Assembly: GCA_001275005.1 (NCBI GenBank)
Contig: JWZX01002948.1
Span: 1 to 39,106, forward strand
From: Chrysochromulina tobinii
Lineage: Eukaryota
DNA: 39,106 nucleotides
Direction: 5' to 3'
Part shown: piece after piece, positions 36,901 through 39,106 of the stretch
How the letters are laid out: the number at the start of each line of letters is the position of its first letter
Position numbering within the stretch: the first letter of the stretch is position 1
The notes under the pieces: model-generated
Told to the model about the DNA's origin: nothing
The model's database searches: none
What the model saw: the letters and a program-made list of their open reading frames with translations, nothing else
Translations under genes and position numbers: made by a program

Positions 36901-39106
36901 GAGGACATCCAACTTGCAGACATGTCAGGTTTGCCGCCAGTGGCGGCAGCGCTCGGCATTCATCGCAGGTCCTACAGTCACTATCCGGCGTATGCGAACG
37001 CGCATCCGGTGCACGAAATCGTCACGCTGCTTCTCGAGCACGGTGCTAGTGCAAACACGCCCGATCATCACGGCTACACGCCGATGGCGTATGCGTGCTT
37101 GATCAACAATCTTGACACGGTTCAGCTCCTCTCTTCCTACGGCGCCAGGCGCAGCTTCCCCCCTTACATCTTCCGCCCCGGAGAGCCTGTGCCCGCGTTC
37201 CACCACTTGCTGTTCCCGAGAGCCGCCGAGGAAATCGCGGGGCGCGCGATCAAGGCCTGGCTCGTCAGGACGCAGGCGTGGAAGACGCCGCTCCACCACG
37301 TGGCACTTATCACGGGCCCGCGCGCTCTGGCTCTCTTACGCAACGGCGCGACCATAGATCACGCCGACGTGCTCGGCGAGCCCACGCCGCTCTCCCTGGC
37401 AATGGAGCTGGAGGCCGAGGGCGCGGCGCCGGAAGGCTCCGCGCCGGCGCTGGTTCTCTTGGCGGCGGCACCCTGGGGACGAGCGACGCATCGACTCTTT
37501 CCCACAGAGGCGAGAGCATACGCGGTGCAACTGCTACTACTCGGGCACAACCTATCTCGACAACTTGAGCTCGCTGCAGCGGCACAGCAAGGCATGCTAG
37601 ATCCGTGGGTCGACAATATCATGCCCCGCCTAGTCGCTCGAGAGTACCGCGACGGCAGCAGCGACGCAGGCGACGGCAGCAAGGGCGACGGCAGCAAGGG
37701 CGGCAGCGGCTCGGGCGGCCACGACAGGACAGGCGGCAGCAGCACCAGCAAGGATGGCGGCGGCAAGGGCGGCGGCGGCAAAGACGGTGAGCCCGCGCCA
37801 GTCCGAGATGTGGCGTCTGAATCCACGACCGCGCCGTTCCGAGATGAGGCGTCTGAATCCACGACCCAATCTTCATCCCAACAGAACCGCATGACTGAGC
37901 CACCTATGATCGCCACGGCCGTCACTGGAATTTCGGTCATGCCAGACTGTTCGATGCTGATGGTCAACGACAAAGGCCCTCTACCTCGTTGCAGCGGCGC
38001 GGGCAACGATGAAGGCCCTCTACCTCGGCCAGATCTAGCCGCCGCCAGAACAAGGCCGTCTACTCCTGTCCCGCTCCTTGAGCTTGACGACGACGACGGC
38101 GGCAAGGGCGCCGACAGCAAAGAGAGCGGCGACGAGAAGGGCGACGGCAACACGAGCAGAGTTCACCCTCCCTCGTCATCACCGCCACCAAGTGCACCGC
38201 CGTCACCGCCAGGCAGCGACGGTGAAGAAGACGGTGAGGAAGACGGCGAGGGGCATTCCGGCGACGATGGCACCGTGAGCAGAGGCGACGCTGCGCTGCC
38301 CGCAATACTGCCCATCAGCGAGACTGCCGTGGCTGCACAGGTGCAACCGCGAGCACCGCAGCAACGGCTAGAGCGGCCAGCGCGTGCGCGCGTGTCACCG
38401 TCTAGGCTGCAAGCAATCGACTGGACGCTGGTGCGTTCAAGCGGCGGTGCGGGCAAGAGCGCGGCGCCTTCTTCGGTCGGCAGAGGCGACGGCGCAAGCG
38501 CCAAACTCGCTGGCAAGGCCAAGGCGAGCGGCGAGCGACCGTCTCGACCAGCGCGAGTACGCCAGTCACCGGATCGAATGCAGCCGGCCAATTGGTTGCG
38601 CAGCACGCCTGCACTGGGCGCCGGCGGCAGCTCAAGCATTCACAGCGGCGGCAAGGCCAAGGCAAGCGACGTGCCACCGAGACTCAAGGCGGTCGTCAGC
38701 AGGCCAACGGCGGCGGGCGACAGGATGATGGCTGAGGAGCGGCAGGCCGCGCTGGGTGATCGGAGGTTACTCACCAGCCTTGCAGGCCCCTCTACCAAAG
38801 GCGCGACAGATCACAGTGAGCTCCTGCTACAGCTTCGAGCGGCACGCTTCAGACACGAAGCGCGGCTACCAGCGCCTGAGCTACCAAGACACCGCGTCAC
38901 GGTCAACGAAGGGAAAGCAGTCATGTCGGATCCCGTCGATGTGCTGCTCAAGCTCGCACTGCGTACTGTCGTGTTCCTGAACGAACAGCGGCAGATGCAC
39001 ACTGGTCTCAATACGGCGCTCATCGAGGCTAAGGAGGCTCAATTGAACATGATCCGCGAGAAGCTTGCGGACAGGGGTGTCCAACTCGAGGAGACTGGAA
39101 GTGAGG
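34000..39106 (+). CDS. Very long (>1700 aa, 3'-truncated) repetitive Q/E/D-rich protein with an ankyrin module; possibly a retroelement ORF
   Basis: AAAACATGG start after an in-frame TAA at 33955. The ORF track lists no ORF in this frame, consistent with no stop before the window end, and the lines I spot-translated are open. Ankyrin-like segment HEIVTLLLEHGASANTPDHHGYTPMAYACLINNLDTVQLLSSYGA at ~37010-37146. Confidence 0.75.
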   Translation, partial: MARALLVADPLLAATADNDAHEARPGHTPAGTPTTTLSFACGHGRDSHRPHAEKAKTMLNTETDTEKLSVQPRPDAAQAPEQAKNQTVSQPCDLEHAEQQTQHLAQQQSQQQLLLLTQQQEASSDATAASAQPQLGGAHASEQAQELQAAVQPRVPARVELQTQHPAPQQSQQQTLPGGRGGRERTVSGEMLARAEGAAGTSSEPAATSNAAQTDWGYGFDEEVGYPGEGNTDEESTSDDERDEGEAAAVQRRAQRRASAHARLIWQSQAQQQMQQQLLSQTQLQLQDQTQRQAQQQMQVDMGHGPDEEVGIPGDGNSNVDSNEESDDEHDDGDAAAQLRAMARAMQHQQLQEQAQQQAQQQTQLQTQQQEAGSSASGAKRERGERGGRRRKKKSGEKQACNEGAAGSISGLTTTATFASTQDAALREHEASVAGLSGELKRHALRALEQMRSTHALGAHAPVQAWELAAAQLPVPAHAVHLQMQHPALQQPQQQTLPQAAHSDATAAGGEKRGRGERGGRGRKKAGEKQARTEGAAGSSTDPAVIESATIATSLATVDAAHHEHATHVAGLRGEPKRHALRALEQMSATRARLLDAIQGASGRNDAEAFNAIASVLRGAAGALQRLAGGVEQAGHDMHHKRRGADARHAQHDARQGHRGPAATHTGHASGSGRYGGGGKGGGDKGGGSKDGGSKSSDARQQQLQLASADAATARDDAAHAPVQAQEQTGVAVHASFLSTANSTGDAAAAISPRDMQTDWGYGPDEEVGYPGEGNSDEESSDDERYGDEAAALRRVQRRASEHAKLLWQNQAQEQQQQQMLLAGTGSTSRHHPPSSPPPPSAPPSPPNSDSEEDGEADGEADGEGDGEEDGEEDGEMHPGEDDDEEEGASGEDGSGTAHVPAPAVPMDEMDGDEPEDEAALQAGADDDYDYYFYSTALVPGGEGTGLSILAAQFGDTMELRRRLAAGEDIQLADMSGLPPVAAALGIHRRSYSHYPAYANAHPVHEIVTLLLEHGASANTPDHHGYTPMAYACLINNLDTVQLLSSYGARRSFPPYIFRPGEPVPAFHHLLFPRAAEEIAGRAIKAWLVRTQAWKTPLHHVALITGPRALALLRNGATIDHADVLGEPTPLSLAMELEAEGAAPEGSAPALVLLAAAPWGRATHRLFPTEARAYAVQLLLLGHNLSRQLELAAAAQQGMLDPWVDNIMPRLVAREYRDGSSDAGDGSKGDGSKGGSGSGGHDRTGGSSTSKDGGGKGGGGKDGEPAPVRDVASESTTAPFRDEASESTTQSSSQQNRMTEPPMIATAVTGISVMPDCSMLMVNDKGPLPRCSGAGNDEGPLPRPDLAAARTRPSTPVPLLELDDDDGGKGADSKESGDEKGDGNTSRVHPPSSSPPPSAPPSPPGSDGEEDGEEDGEGHSGDDGTVSRGDAALPAILPISETAVAAQVQPRAPQQRLERPARARVSPSRLQAIDWTLVRSSGGAGKSAAPSSVGRGDGASAKLAGKAKASGERPSRPARVRQSPDRMQPANWLRSTPALGAGGSSSIHSGGKAKASDVPPRLKAVVSRPTAAGDRMMAEERQAALGDRRLLTSLAGPSTKGATDHSELLLQLRAARFRHEARLPAPELPRHRVTVNEGKAVMSDPVDVLLKLALRTVVFLNEQRQMHTGLNTALIEAKEAQLNMIREKLADRGVQLEETGSE

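Noticed and set aside
34266..39084. Many short ORFs listed in the track for the last 5 kb
   Set aside because: They are off-frame or antisense to the single open frame starting at 34000.

Overview
GC-rich, gene-dense eukaryotic DNA. Gene content, codon bias and repeat style suggest a haptophyte alga such as Chrysochromulina (inference). Recognisable genes are a CFAP210-like ciliary coiled-coil protein, a PITH-domain protein, a V-ATPase proteolipid paralogue lacking the essential Glu, a RING protein, an alpha/beta hydrolase, a signal-peptide PDZ + 2Fe-2S ferredoxin, an intronless GBF1-type Sec7 ARF-GEF, a large spliced ARM-repeat gene, Pro-rich beta-helix surface-protein ORFs, a spliced FAM91A1, a tricarboxylate-type mitochondrial carrier, and a >1700-codon repetitive ankyrin-containing ORF (34000 to window end) that the ORF track misses. 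The most striking structure is a repeated way of building introns. Eight phase-0 introns start with an 18-31 nt copy of the first bases of the downstream exon, which supplies the GT donor. They end with one of two shared cassettes supplying a branch-point-like motif, a pyrimidine tract and CAG. Some insertions are nested. Related duplication-plus-filler events without an acceptor occur only as in-frame (3n) insertions. This looks like a recently active intron-generating (introner-like) process.
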